This document shows positions 26,600 through 40,040 of a stretch of DNA of 64,000 nt, one piece after another (position 1 is the stretch's first letter; every line of letters starts with the position of its first letter). The notes below the pieces were generated by a model. It saw only the letters and a program-made list of their open reading frames with translations. It did no database searches and was not told the origin of the DNA. The translations under genes and the position numbers were made by a program. The stretch is from Raillietiella orientalis (Eukaryota): the NCBI GenBank assembly GCA_036172245.1, contig JAYWIR010000004.1:6572001-6636000 (forward strand). The letters are read 5' to 3'.

Positions 26600-28520
26600 C
26601 TCAGTTTTGAAGAATTTACTTGGTGCCAAACATTCACGAAGTCCAAGATGACTTTTCTTTGGACATCTTTTGATATTTTCGAGGTGCCGAAGGATTTTGG
26701 AGCACCATTTCAGTGCAGCAAACGAGGGTACTGGTAAAAAAAGGTTGAAATCTGTACGACTATCTTCTCTGTCAGGACTGTGTCGTCTCGGTGCACCTTG
26801 TATTAGTGTTTGACGTGCCACACACGCACATCTCTTTAGTCACCATGGATGCTGCCTTGTACTTTGTTGAGCCTCAGCGGTTTTCTATCCTGAGGATAGA
26901 GGGGCGTTAGATCTAATGAGGCGATCTCTGATCAGGACATAGGCCTGCCTGTTGGGTGGGTCTATGAGTTGCCAGAGCTAAGGATTGATGAATAAGCAAT
27001 GTGGAATCCATGAACTGACAAAGGATGCATGAAGATTTGAGTAGATGGTGCAAGAGCTGGTTAGCGAGCTATAAAGTGGCTCTTGTTAATCGAAGAAGAT
27101 CTCGTCAAAGTCAAAAGTGTGCTAGGGCATTTTCTGTCTAAAGAGTCATTGTAGTTACGCATAAAAGAATCAAGAAATGAATCTGATGAAGAGAATGCCT
27201 CAAGGGTGTATCCTGAGTAGTTCATTGAGACTGCCGAGGAGACAGAAATCCAGGACGGAACCTAGAGTCCAGTCGTTGAACCGTTCTTCCAGCACCAGTC
27301 GGGGCTTACTCTTCTTGGAATAGGAAGTAGGTCGGAACATTCACTTCAAAGGGCAAGAGGACAATTTCTCTAGATTTAGCAAAGAAAGAGATCCAGGAAT
27401 CTTACCTTCGTTTTACAATGCTTTACGGAACTCAGCCTTTTTGTTTTTCTTGGAAAAACAAAAACAAAGCAATGCTTTCTATTCTTCTGAAGTGCACGGT
27501 GTATTGTTCATACTAAACCGCTTATGGACCAGTCGAACGACTGCAAAATTCAGAAGGCCCACAAGCAGCTAAAGATCGAAAAAAAAAACAAAATTTGATT
27601 TTTCATCTTCCTTCTTTGAACTCACTGATGATGCAGTACATCCAAAGGTCACTCAAACTGTTTTTTTCCGGGTGTTCTCATCACTCGTTGCGGTGTCCCT
27701 GATTCAGCCCCTGATCTAAGGATCCAAGGAACTAACATTTTCACTGATCTCAAGATGAAAAGGAAAATAATGCTTCATTATTATTAGCATGGACTATTTC
27801 GAAGGTTGCAATGACCCTAGTTTTCTCATCAGTACATAAGGAATTTCTGAAGGAAGATACGTCTCATGCCATCGCTTACTGATGAAGGAAAGTACGACAT
27901 ACTGCTTCAAGGGGTTTCCACAGTTACCTTAATCCGATAGGGAAAGAGAGATAAGAGGATGTTCGGACTGTAGACAAATATCGGACGAGACACTTGAGTA
28001 TCTTCAGAAGAAAGCGATTAAGAAACTTGTCACTGTCACACGAAGTGTTGATCAAATAGGATCGAAATCAGCTTATTCATCGGTTTATACTCGTGTGGAA
28101 GCAATCAAAAAGATCAAAAAGGAGGTCTCAACTTGCGGAGAAATCTTTGTCAGGATCCATGGAGTCGATCTGGGCGTCCTTCACCAAAATCCTTCAGATG
28201 AACCAATCCACAAAGCCAACTCTTGAAAAAGTGCATGGAAGATTTATGAATCTTTTCAAGAAAGCTTATAAAGGGCAACCTTTTCATCAGCAGCTTAGGA
28301 AATGTCTTAGGAAATGCCTGCCAGTTGTTCAGTCCTCCCACGCTTGTCTCTAAAACCTTCCGGAACTGCTTTCCAGTACTTTCTTCCATGTTTTCGAGAT
28401 CCTATAGCGTCCTTCGGTGACTTCTAACAGCAAATTCTTAGCGATCTTCCTCTCTCCAGCAACCACATTCAAGATTCCAATGACATCCAGAGTGCGAACA
28501 TAGGAACTACTCTATAGCTG
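26600..28520 (-). mobile_element. Decayed Gypsy RT-thumb-RNase H-integrase
   Basis: In order: TGKQFRKVL, FFKSWLCGLVHLKDFGEGRPDRLHGS (cf. LKxxL..PxLxxFDxxRPxxLxTDAS), LVRYLS, YNDSL...SCILCQ (~27020, CxxC intact) and QGAPRRHSPD. Confidence 0.65.
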
Positions 28521-28579
28521 CTTCATCCTCAGTTTCGTTCCTCATCACCAAGCTGATTCTAAAATCGATCACATGCCAG

Positions 28580-31000
28580 CGACCCTTTCATCCCCGCAAT
28601 TGCAGATTTTCTATTCATAGAGGATTCGCGCGCTTCGTTCCCGAGTTCAACGGAGCCGTTTGATTGAGTTTTTCCAGCCGAGTGGCTCAATACGCTCTGG
28701 CTAGTTTGCGCCCCAGAGTCTCCTCCAGCGAGTACCAGAATTCCTGAGGTGCAGTTCCCATTTCCATTTCATGGAATTCTATCACAAGCCTATTCCGATA
28801 GTCCTGTTCCTCTCCAGGTGGCGTGCGAAAGCAGATGGTGAGCTCCTCTGCGCTCTACTCGTTTGCTGGCCTCTCGTTCTCCTTGAGCATCAGCTGCCCC
28901 GTGGACCGGATGCGCACCGGTCATCCGGGCACGAAGGAACGTTTCGAAGGTGAGCACGGTTTCGCAACCTCCAGCAAAGATGTTCCTTTCCTTTCCTTTT
29001 CCACTCTTTCAAAATCGACATGGAAGGGATTCGTAGTCATCGTAATCACTTTATCTATTCCGAGCCTTCTCGAAATTTCGCCAGAACGATTTGGTTTCAC
29101 CTTCGCTTATCTTATGCTGTTCGAATTGGGGTTGCCTCTGAGACTTTTTTTGTGAAAGACAACAGTTCCCCACCCTTTCTCTCCCCCCCCACACAGGGTC
29201 GGTCCACCTTCAGGGTGACTCTCGGATAGCCTATAGGTGAGCATCCCGCTGGTCCATACGGTCCAGCCTCCTCGCAGCCTTTCGTCTGTGATGCGGTGGT
29301 TCTTTGAGGATAGGAACTGTGTTCTCTTCGAGGACTTTCAGGGTAGCTGTGTGCGAGTACTGTTTGATTTTTTCCTTTTTTGTGTGTTTTTTTCAAGAAG
29401 TCTGCGAAGTTGCTCAGAACCAGAGGTGAAATAAAAATGGAACCTGTTTTAGGAGCGATTCCCACCCCGGGTGCCGAACCATCCATAAGCGACGCTGCCC
29501 AGCTTTATGAGTTCCTCAAAGACACCAATTTTGAGCAGGTCCTTTTCAGGCGCGGGCAGCTTCCGATACGCAAGGAAGAGCCTCCTATGGTCGAATTCCA
29601 ATCTGATTTTCTGAAGGCATGTGCCTCGAAATAGAATTGATAGGTGTACACGAACAGAATCCACAGACGCCTGATGTTAAAAACGCAATTGCATCAGTGA
29701 CTTTCACTTGCATCAGAGGAATGAAATTTTATTTTCTCTCCAAACGGCACACGCTCGATTCTTTGCTTGCTTCCGAGCCAAGTTTCCGGTCCCCTCTCAT
29801 TTCAGCAAGGTTCTTGAAGCAGACGGCGTCCATCTTTCGGGAAAGTCTGGAACTAATACGCCAAAGAGGCCGCACTCACCAGGTTTTCGTTTTTATGGCT
29901 ATTTGTAGAACGAGGCATGGCGAATCTCCAGGCCAGGCGCTCGTCACGAGAAGCATCCCGCTTCCTAGCGACATCCGTGTTCAACGAACCGGAATCGACC
30001 GGAATCCGCGCCGATAAACTGTAAGGTCGAGCGATGTCTCCATTGTTACTATCACCGTGCTCCAGCAGCTCCCATCAATCACCATGAACCTGATGCAATC
30101 GAAGTGACGCCATTCGTGCTCTCCCCGGGGCCGGTTGCTCTCAATTGCCGCGTGCCGCGCCATACATCCAAACCCCTCACCCTTCCTATCTCACGAATCT
30201 GTAACTCCAGCTTGCAGTTGATGATTTATAAAGGTAGAAAGGGGAACGCGGGAGCACGTACGAGGAGGGCAGATAAGGGCGCATCGAAGAGTTCCCCCTC
30301 ATCCGAAACAAGGCATCGCATCGTCGTCTCTACGTGCATCTGGACTGCTGATAGGGTTCTGTAAACAGGAAAGTCTTCGGTCGGTTTCCGGTACAGAAAG
30401 CAGGCAGCAAAGAGTGTGGGGGAGCGTCTCGAATTTAGAGCGTTCCTAATCGAGAGACCACAGTCGGCACGAGGAACGTGAGTCCGGGTGCATCCCATCT
30501 GCAGACGACCCCGGAAACCGTTACGGTCCGTCTGCAGGACCTTCATGGCTTCGAAGTATTTTGAAAAGCGTGGGCTTCCAGACAGGTTTATTGCTTTAAT
30601 GATGGCTCACAACTTGACAGCGTAATGACCCGTAATGGAACGGCGAAAACAATGAAGGAGCGCGGAGAGCAAACGGCGGCGCCTCTATCGTGGCGCGGAA
30701 GAGGTGAAGCACGCCTCGTCCTTTGGCTGTGCCCATGGTGGCGGGTGAACCTTCCTCAGCAACGAGTCGATGACACGTGGTCTCCCCAGCAGCAGGACGC
30801 GGCTTGCGTCGAGAGTCCCGAAACGGCAGCTGCAGTTCCTCGGGATCACGTAGAAACGTTCCCCCCGCGAGCTCTTCGAGCGTCTTGGGGTCCCGCGTCT
30901 CGAAGTCCCGGTTTTCCACTTCCGCGTGCGGAATACCCGAGGGAGAGATGACCGTGCAGCGCAGACGCTCACGCTCACTTCCTGCCCGGTGCGTTAATGC
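28580..31000 (-). mobile_element. Decayed Gypsy gag(?)-RT fragment
   Basis: In order: RDPKTLEEL (gag-like), YRKLPAPEKDLL..EELIKLG, SAPGVGIAPKTGSI, NQTVLAHSYP, CPDD (~28925, YxDD site) and TAPLNSGTKR. Confidence 0.55.
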
Positions 31001-32199
31001 CGCCATCGGACGAGCGACTAGTCGCGTCTTCCAGAGTCAGCCGAGCATAATGGTTTCAGGGAAGGGAAGGGAGGAAGTTGCCTGCAAATGGGATGGGCTG
31101 TCACGTCACGTTGCCCGAAAGGACTGTGGCCCCTCGATTTGGAACTCACTCTTAGCTGGCTGCTTTCTGTCCCAGAAAGCTCATCTTTACGATTAGGGAA
31201 AAATAATAATTCCGGAAGTCCAGTTTCTTGTAAGTTCCTGTCCTTTTGTAGGCATCGCCATCCTGTGCAGGACACGGAAAAAACAAGACTCCTCGAGGGT
31301 ACATGTCACCTTTATCACCAAGAGTATCTGTAAGGTGGTTGGCTGCAAGTCGATGCTGGGGAGGAAGATTAGGATCAGCGGAAGCATCAGGAGAAGCGAA
31401 AGGACCAAAGATTAGCTTGGGACTTTCTCGGAGCTGGGCCGCATGGGGGGGATGAGTTTGTCTTTCCCAGCGGCATCTGTGTTGGAGAACCGGAAGCAAC
31501 TGGGGAATTCATCCCGGGTCTGGAATCATTTCGGGTCGAGAACTTCACAGGGTTGAGAGGTGCCTTCTCTATTCTTGTCGTCATCACTGTACTCGAGCAA
31601 CTCCCGCCGATCGCTACTGCCACCTCAACGTTCTGACAATGCTCTCGTCCATTCGTTCCTGCTGGCATTTCGGGATGAGTTGGCACGTCGGCACACGAAG
31701 AAAAGAGCCGGGGATTCTCACTCCGAGGCGTTCCGAGGAAGTATGGAGCCAAGAAAGGAAGGTCTTCGAAAGGGCGTTTCCTCAACTATCCCCCGGAAGC
31801 ACTTCATCGGGGAGGGGAGTAGCTTCCAAGGCAACAGGTGCTCAGGGACTGGAGGAGATACCGACGCGAGTTGTCTCACCAAAGAGCAAAACAAGAGCAG
31901 TAGGAAGAGACAAAAGTAATGCTGGGTACTAATGGTCGTATGTAAAGGAGATTCGATGCTGGGATTCCTGATCCATTGTTGCCGTTTTCCATATCCTTCT
32001 AGGTTTTTTTTTTTTTGGTTCTCTTAGTACTGAAGAATCCCTGCTGCACTCCATGGAGGTATCGTCACATGAAGGCTCTTCCTTTGTCATGAGTCCGAGA
32101 TGAGGTGAAGCGGAAAGGAGTCACTCTGATGGGTCAAACCCCGATTCCCGGCTATCAGACGGGCGTCTGGTCGCGAGCAGCGCCTCTTACTGATTGCTG

Positions 32200-35150
32200 G
32201 TCCGAAGTCTGAGCGTGACAGCGTCATCTCGCGGGGGGAGTGCGAACCCACGACACGTCCAGCACAGCGTCGATCTTTAACCGGGGCTGACTCGAACCCC
32301 GGTGCCCTGCCGTGGCCGCACGGACATCAAAGAAGAAAGGAACCTCTTTGTCGCGCCGTGGTCTCAGAATGCCGAGGCAGATGCGAAGGAGACGAGAGGG
32401 AACTCTTGTGGGCTGGAGCTCCTACAGATTCGAGGTGGGCTCCCGCGAGCTTGCAAGGGCGCGCATGCGCGTACGTGTGGCGTGCGGAACTGACGAGAAG
32501 CATCCGACGCCTCTTCGGACAACCAGTTACAGAGGAGTTGCGTTGTAGTTGCGCGTCAATCAATGATGCACATGTGCGAAGAGAATTTCGGGCGCTTGTC
32601 GAGAGCACGGTCGAGGTGAGAGGACGAGAAGACCGGCTTGAGGGACCCGGACCGGCGCGAGGATATTGAGTCAATTATCAGTCGCAGCGGAGAGCTTCGA
32701 GGCTGGTCGGCTTCTTGATCATTCTCGTGGAGCCGTCACTGGATGCAAGCTGGGTCGTGCGAGGCACAGGGGCATCTCGGAGCAGCACGCGCGCCGTCGG
32801 AGCCATGCAAACAAGAGGGGAGGGGGAGGGGAGGGGGGAAGAAAATGAAAGAAAGAGAAGGAAAGGGGCAACAGCAATAGAGAAGGGGAGGGAATAGCGT
32901 TTCAGACATCAGACCGGAGTGGTGATCCGAATTCCGCTGATGGAGGCAGAAGATCCTCATCTTCTGCATCCGCAGCGACCATCGCCTGCTAGGAGCCGAT
33001 GAGAGGCGCATCTGGGTCGCACCGTGTGGGCTGGGGAAGCAGAAAGTCTGAGGCTGACCCTGTGAGAACTCGAAGGGCGGCAGGTGCGATAGGGGATCCT
33101 CTCAGAAGGATCCCAGCACCAGAAGCCGTGATTCTGGAGATTCTCAGGATATTCCTGATTTTTTTTCTTGCTTTTGGAAGATGAAGGAAGAGGGGGAGAA
33201 ACGCCAAGGGATCTTCTGAAGGCGATGTGGGCACTGGTAGCCGCCGCGTCCCAGTCGCCATCGACCGTAGTCTTTGGGTTGAGCTTGGCACCGGAGGTCC
33301 TTCCTCAGCACGCTGTTCTTTTGTGTGGACTCCGTGCGAACGGACGGAGGGGAAGGGCTGGAAGGAAGAAGCCTGGCAGTCGCAGGAGGATGAAAAAAGT
33401 CTTGAACATCTTGTAAAATGGGAGGGCGCCGGAGTGAGCCCCTTCCTGCGCGGTTTGAGGGCGGAGGCCCGCCTGGAGGGCGCTCTCCGCTGCCGCAATT
33501 TCTCGCCCTCGGGGGCGGGAGAAAAAGCATCAGTGGGTTCCCGCGCACGACTGCTCGCACTCGCGGCTTGGACCTATTTTTCCTCCCCGCTCCCATCAGC
33601 AGCTCCCGCTCGGCCACTCCCGAAGAGTGGTGGCGCCACTGGCTTCCCGAATTCCGGCTTTCTGGTTCTCTTCCGCTGCGTTCCCGTGGAGGTCACCCCT
33701 CCCCGGAAGCACAGCGAGCGCGGACAAAGCTCCCGAGGATCTCCGGGAACACAGGAGGGGACGGCTCTCCGCTAGCCTGGCTGTGACCCGGGAGGGAGGG
33801 ACTCAGCGCCCGCTCGCTATGATGGCCAATCGTCTGGTTTTTTCGAAGAAAAATCCCGCCAAAAAGAAAAAAAAAACGCCCGAAACGTTCCCCCCGTCTT
33901 CCAGGTATTCGGCCGATGGGAGCTGCCGACTTCCAGGAATTCTTGCAGCCCTTATCACCGAAGGCTCTTTCGGAGGCTGAGTGCGTCGCCATGCGCTTCC
34001 TCAGCTTTCAGAGATGCGATCGCTTGGCTCTGCCTCAAGTGGGTGAAGCAGACAGCTCGTCTGGATGGGGCCGGAAGATTCCCATTCCTCCGAAAGAACC
34101 TGCGGGGAAGGGAAGTTGGGCAAATAGGGGCGAAACGTGCATGGCAAACATCGTCCGATCTCTGTGGCCTGCGTTCTGCCCCGCGGGGGGTCGCCGGAAG
34201 GGCGGCGAGGTTTGGTCGTGGAAGGGACTGCCAGCCTATGGACTCATTCTTGGCCCCTGGGATGCAGGAGTTCCAGGAGACGAGGGGGGCAAGCAGGTAT
34301 CCGAGAAAGGCCGTTGGCACCTGGCTGTCTCACAGAGGGGGCGGCTCAGTGCGGGATCCGGGAGCAGGAGCGGCTGTGGGAAGCCAAGTGGAAGGCTCTC
34401 GACCACGAAGGTCCCAGGGAAGCCAGGAGTGGTCTCGGCGTTCGGATGGGCGGGAGACGAAGAGACAGAACAGTCAGCTTTTAAGGAGAGCGTGGATACC
34501 GAGGGATGGGCACTTGCCGCCAGGGAATCGCAAGGAGGTGTGTCCAGCGGTTGCTCAGGGGGAGGAGGAAAGCGCACCGTCCGGGAATCGCACGGGTACC
34601 GGACAGAGGCGGGCGCGGTGCGCTGAGAGGGAGAAGGAAACCGGGACGTCCCCGAAATGGAAGGAATCTCGTTGGTCCGTGGGAGCGGGAAGCCAAGGAA
34701 GGGCAGATCGGGTCCTGGTCGACTCTGAACAGGGTACTTCTCCCGCGGCGTCTCGGGAAAGGCGATGGCGCGCCCAATTTTCGACAGCGGGCCGGGTGTG
34801 GTCAAGACCTCCAAGGGATCTGCACGAGTGGAGGAAGTGCTCTTGGAATGTTCCTCCGCTTCTGACCTTGCACGCCTCTTCCCCAAGCACCCCGAGGGTC
34901 TCCTCGAGATGCACCTGGGGTTTTTTCCACGTTTGGAGGAGGGAAGGAAAGTATCAGCGCTGCGATTTCGACCTACACCAACCGCCTCATCCACCTTCGA
35001 AAGACCTCCGGGTGACTTCCACCTCCAGCGAGTGTAGTCGGGGAGAAACGAACGAACTTCCCCCTTTCGGGATCTTCTGTCTCTTCGCTGGACCCTTAGT
35101 CCGTGTGGCGAGGAGCTGTGGAAGGGAACCGAAGAAAGGTCAGGGCAGAC
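32200..35150 (+). mobile_element. Decayed Gypsy pol (RT-RNase H-integrase), GC-rich
   Basis: In order: LD/ILV (~32712), HRVG..ADP, IPAPEAV..LRIFL, FVWTP, GTQRPLAMMANRL..KKN, LLRRAWIPRDGHL and DRVLVD. Motif spacing is longer than usual, implying small insertions. Confidence 0.5.
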
Positions 35151-35199
35151 CGCGCCATGGCATGCCGCTGATCAGCCCTCTGGTCAGCTGATCTTTTCC

Positions 35200-37950
35200 G
35201 GTAAGGGCGCGTGGCAGGGCAAGGAGAGGCAGCCTCCGGTCTCCTCTCGCCGGTCGTCAACGAAGCGCCTTGGGCGGACGCGAGTTATCCCTCCAGGAAA
35301 CGGTCGTGGGCCTCAGGGACCAACGCAGATCCCGAGAACCTTCCTCGAGGCCGCGGATGGGAGGGACGGTCCTCTTGGGATCCACTCTCGCTGAAGAGGG
35401 AGTGTAGGGCGCGGTCGTGATGACCTCACGGACGAACGAGCAGGCGATGGAGGCGGTGCATGCGCAGTTCGCGACAGCCTCGGCCGCGGCCTTTCGGAGG
35501 CAACCCTCGACGGGAAGGACGGGATCTCCCTCCTGGTCGAATCCGGACGCAAGGAATAGGGAGGAGGTCCCGAAGTCAGGGCTGGAGACTGGGGAAGGGG
35601 AGGGCGTCGGCGCTCAGAGGACCTTCGGGGCGGCTTGGGAAACCCCAGGTACGCCCTGGCGAGTGTGATCTGCTGAGTGACCTCGAAGCGTTCGCTCGTA
35701 GTCCAGACGACCTTCCTGTCATCCCTCTCTCTTCTCCTTGCTGCTCCGGAGGTGTCACTGCACGGGGTGTGGGGCAGGAGCGCTCACACTCCCTCAAAGG
35801 GATGGGGGAAGGAAAGGGAAGGAGACGCCCTCGGGTGAGGATAGGCTGCGACTACTGAATTGGGGCAGCGTCCAGCGAGTCGGGGCAGGTCAAGCGTCTC
35901 CGCGGTACCCTCGCCCTCCTCAGGATCAGAAGAAGCTAGGCGCAGAGGAGGCAGCTGACAGCCGTCTTCACGGCTAAGCGCGTCCTCAGCGAATCGGCAC
36001 TCCGCGCCTTAGCGAGCGACGTCCTCGGCAGGTCGGGCGTACCTCGAAGTCAGGAGAAGCCGTGGGTCACCCCTCCTCCCTTACCTCCTTCCTTCCGGAA
36101 GGAGGTCCCGCGCTTTCCGGAAGGCGCCCCAAGATGGTCACGGAGGACGCGCTCCAGCGGTTCGGGGGGGGGGGGGAAATGGAAGCTATCCTAGGAGTCC
36201 AGTGGACGATGGCCACGTGGAAAGCTCCGGCTTTCCCCAGAATGGCAGCTGGAAGAGAAGGAGCAAATTCGGCTCCGTGGAGGGGTCACGTCCAACTGCG
36301 GTCCCTTGTCGAGCTACGGCACATGCTCTTCCCGACGATTCCTCCATCTGCTGAGGGCTGCTGGCCCGCGGGCGAGGCACGCAAAGGGGAGGTCTATCTC
36401 TTGGCTCTACCCTGGGTCTTGGGGCCTCTTCCGGAGAAGAATGGGTCCCCAAGGATGTCCCGAGCTCCACTTTCCGCTGCAGGCAGTAGAGTCTTGACCA
36501 CGACGGGCGGAGCGGGATCCTCCCCGAGGGGTTTCCGAGCACGAAGATATCGTTCCGGCGGCGCTTCTGCGACACCTTCCACTCGATGGGTGGTAGGTGG
36601 GGATTGGGGACGCGTTCGTCCCAAGACGAACTTCCTCTCCAGGGGCTCCGTGACGCTTGAGCGCCACGACTCTTCTCCCTGAAGCTCCCCGGAACCGGAA
36701 GTTCCCTCCTTTCCTGCTCTTGTCTTCTCGCAGAGGTGTCGTACTGCCTAGGGTCGCGTCTGGAAGAACCGTCCAGGAGCCACCTACTCCTTGGGAGGCG
36801 CCTGACTCTTCTGGAGAAATCCCCTTGCTGATTCTTTTTCCTCTCCCTCCGTTTCCTTTCCCCTCGACTCGGGGTGCTTCTTAGGAAGGCGACCTGTCCG
36901 GCGACAGGTGCGCCTGATGTTGGTTCGAAGACGAAATGGGGAGGAGAGCCATCCACCGTGAGTTCCCCCGGGTACCAGGAGGAGGAGGACGAAAGGGAGA
37001 TGTAAGTGGGTGGGTGGAGTTCCCCCCCTCCTCCGGCTGCTTCTGCAGCCTCTTCAGAAGCCTCCATTCACCCTTCTTCCCTCATCCGGTCCAGCAGAAG
37101 CGGTGTCCAAGGTTCCAGAGAGCATGCTCTTCCTCTTCCTCCTTCCTAGCCGCATTCCTGAAGACATTCTGGACGTACACCCCAGGTCTCACGATCGTTC
37201 GCACTCCTGGGGCACTGAAAAGAGGCGCGTGAAGTCTAAGGTGGTTTGCGGCAACGCCTCCAGGAGATGCTGCGCCCGCTCTGCTGTTCTGCTCGGAAGG
37301 GAGAATGGACCGCTCGTCTCTGGAGAGAGAAGGAAGGGACAGTGTTCCTGAGATCCTCCAGAAGGGAAGAAGGATGAGGAGGAAGGGAGAATGCGCAAGC
37401 AAAGGAAGTCCAGCCATCTCAGCGCTGGACCTCTCCGAGGGTGCTCGGCAGACGCGGACGCGACTGCGGAGGAGAGCGCGTTTCGTGGGCTTTACCTCGA
37501 ATCAGAAGGGAGGATCTCCAGTAAGAAGGGGGGGACATGGGGAGGACATTTTGGGTAAGGGAAAGTTGGAGCCGGGGTGCCGTCGGCGCTGTCGCTGCAT
37601 GTCTTCAGGGAGCAAAGGGTGCTCATCGGTGCCCCGGACCCGAGAGACAGAGCCGTGGAACACTTTTGCAGCTTTTTCATCCGGACCCCACTTTTTGATT
37701 CCCTCTCTCCCTACTTGTCGAAGCGAAGGACCGATGGCCTCCTCCGGAAAGCCCTATGGGGTCCCAGGAGATCAGAGGTCTCCGGTCAAAAGAACACCGT
37801 AGCTCCACGTCGGGTGGGAATTGTGACGCTGGGGGGTTTATTCCGATTCCTCAGCGGTCCCGTTGCCTCAGAGATGGAGCCAGCGCCGGTAGAGTGCTAC
37901 ATCCTCCAGGCGCCAGCCGCTTGGAACCGGAGTCCTTGCTTCCGCGCAAC
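35200..37950 (+). mobile_element. Decayed Gypsy pol (RT-RNase H-integrase), GC-rich
   Basis: In order: GLLSPV..APWA, PKSGLETGEG..RTFG, LLSDLEAFARSPDDL (~35705, YLDD site), AILG..PAFPRMAA, PWRGHVQLRSLVELRHML, PLSAAGSRVLTT, SRGSVTLERHD, GGHGED, EPWNTFAAFSSGP and YGVPGDQRS. Confidence 0.7.
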
Positions 37951-37999
37951 CGCTGCAGGGTGAAACCTTTCGGCTTTCTCCTTGCTAGGGAAGCCAATC

Positions 38000-38750
38000 C
38001 CTGGATCTCCTGCGGGTCCGCCAGCTACCATGAGTGGCCACAGAGGGCTGTCGATACCCGGGCGCGGATATCCGACATCTTCTCCGAAGATCGAAGCCCC
38101 GCTCATTGCCTGGGAACGGTATCCTTTTGTAGAGGTGATGCGAAACTCGAAGAGGTTGGCTGGCGCATCCTCAGCACCCTTCGCCCTGACGCTGCCTTCC
38201 CCAAGGAAAGTCCCCATATGAGGTCTCTTCCTAATCACCATGAAGCTGAAATTGTCTGTCGGGAGGCGCACAGAACGTAGGAGGGAGATCTTCCCAGAGT
38301 TCCCACAGATCCCAAGGTCTTCCTCTTATGGCGGTGGTGGCTCCGAACTTCCTGACCGTTCATTGCTCGCATGTGCGGCCCGTCCGCTGGCCCAGGTACG
38401 TTCCCGGGCAGCGTCGCTGCATCCCATCTCACCTCCTCCTGTCTGGGGTTCCCGGAACCCATTTGGTTTGGACTTCTTCCGGGGCCTTGCCTTTGCCGGA
38501 ATTCCATCCGGTGAGCAGCACCGAGCAGGAGAGGCAGCAGCGCAGAGCAGAGGCCGGGATCTGCTCCTCTCCCTCTCATCGCGGCCCTCTTGGACCGCCG
38601 AGATGCTCTCGAAGGGACAGGCTGCGTGTCGCGTAGGGGCGACACCCGCTCGCTATCCCCTCCCTTTCCCGTGTTCCAGATCGGGTCGGAGGCTGGGGTC
38701 TGCTCCGGAGATCGGTTTGGCGGGAGGCAACTGGCTCGCGGGCTTTTCGC
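38000..38750 (+). mobile_element. Decayed Gypsy integrase
   Basis: In order: MSGHRG/DTRARI, NFLTV..RWPRYVP (cf. TRWPEAxP), GVP..RGLAF, SSPSHRGPLG (cf. SSPYHPQxNG) and GRQLARG. Confidence 0.55.
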
Positions 38751-39199
38751 CATTGTGGAGATGGGTGGAGACTCGAGAACTGCACCAGCCCGGTGGCTGA
38801 CGAGGTGCCGCGCGAGTTTCCGGCCACGTGCGGTCTGCACCTCTTCTGAGGGGTGTGTGGCTTTCACCGGCTTCCGTCTAGGCCGACGCGCGGGAGCGAA
38901 GCGGCAGTGGATGGGCGACGAACCGCACGTGGTCCTACTGAGTTGGTGCGGGCGCCAGTGCGAGAGAGAGACTGAACCTCGGACTGGACGTCCAGCTACC
39001 GGCCGAGTGTCGATGCCTGCGGCATCGTGTGTGGTCAGTACTTTTGGGGATCCCTGAGGAAGAAATGGCTCTCTTCCGAGTCGATCTTGGACAGTTTTGC
39101 GCTATCCCGGCCTACCATGGCACCTTTTTTGAGCTGGGGATCACTGTGCAACCGAGCGATCCCCCGGGCGGTACGAGGCGTGTCACGGTCGAAACGATC

Positions 39200-40040
39200 C
39201 CGCACCACTTGCTGGAGAGTAGAGGTCCCAGGGTGGGGACGGCTGACTGCTGCCCTCTTGCACCCTAGCCGACACTCCTTGGGACTTGGTGAGGCACTTC
39301 TCTCTTCTCCAAGAGGCCCTTCGAGGCCGCGACGCCGACGACACATTCGTGGCATCGTCATGCACCACTTGAAGCGGCACGCCGGGAAGAAGCCGTCCTA
39401 CTGACCAGTGCCATGGAGCGAAATGCTGGTAGATGGCCTCGCTGGGGGCGGCCCACGGGGAACAATCCCCCCGCATAATGAGGGACCCGGAAGTGTTAGC
39501 AAGCCCAGCCGGCCCGCCGCCACCAGGCGGCGGCGGCTGTTACCGCGATGGGGCTCCCTCCCCTTAGAGGCGGGGTGTCCTGTTGCACCGCAGGAGGCTG
39601 CCACGGCTGGAACACCGCGCTTCATGAGCTATGGTGGTACCTCTGAGGGACCGGAAGCTCCGTGCACTGTGCCAGAAATGGCGACTACTAGGGTGCTTGC
39701 CCGGGGTAGCATCCCCCTGGAATCGGCTGGGGCCTTCTCCTTCCTCCGACCCGCCCCTCATTCGCCACTTGTCTCAGACGAACGGTTCCTCCCCCCGTGT
39801 CTTCGAGAAAGTCGCTGCTGCTGCGCCATCACGACCGTCTTGAGCCAGCGCGAGCTCAGCAGGCGATCAGCAGGTTCCCGGTTCAGAGACGGAGGGAGAA
39901 AACTCTCCGCTGCGCTCCCGGGAAGAGTCGGGGCAAAGCTGCCTTCTGTCGCCTGCCGGAAGGTGGCCTGCGTCAGTAAGCCGCCTCTGCAGTGGAAGGC
40001 TCCCAGGGAAACCCCGTTTGGCAGAGAGAGGTCGATGTTC
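39200..40040 (+). mobile_element. Decayed Gypsy integrase
   Basis: In order: HSLG..RPRRRRHIRGIV, PWSEMLVDG, GCP..GTPRFMS, APHSPLVSDER and KAPRETPFGRE. Confidence 0.5.

Noticed and set aside
27860..28230. Sola-like transposase N-terminus on + (TCGEIFVRIHGV)
   Set aside because: The minus strand carries a stronger, collinear Gypsy RT-thumb/RNase H signal.
29438..29634. SAM-domain/Ack-like first exon (LYEFLKDTNFEQ)
   Set aside because: No downstream exons are visible, and it is antisense to a Gypsy RT start.
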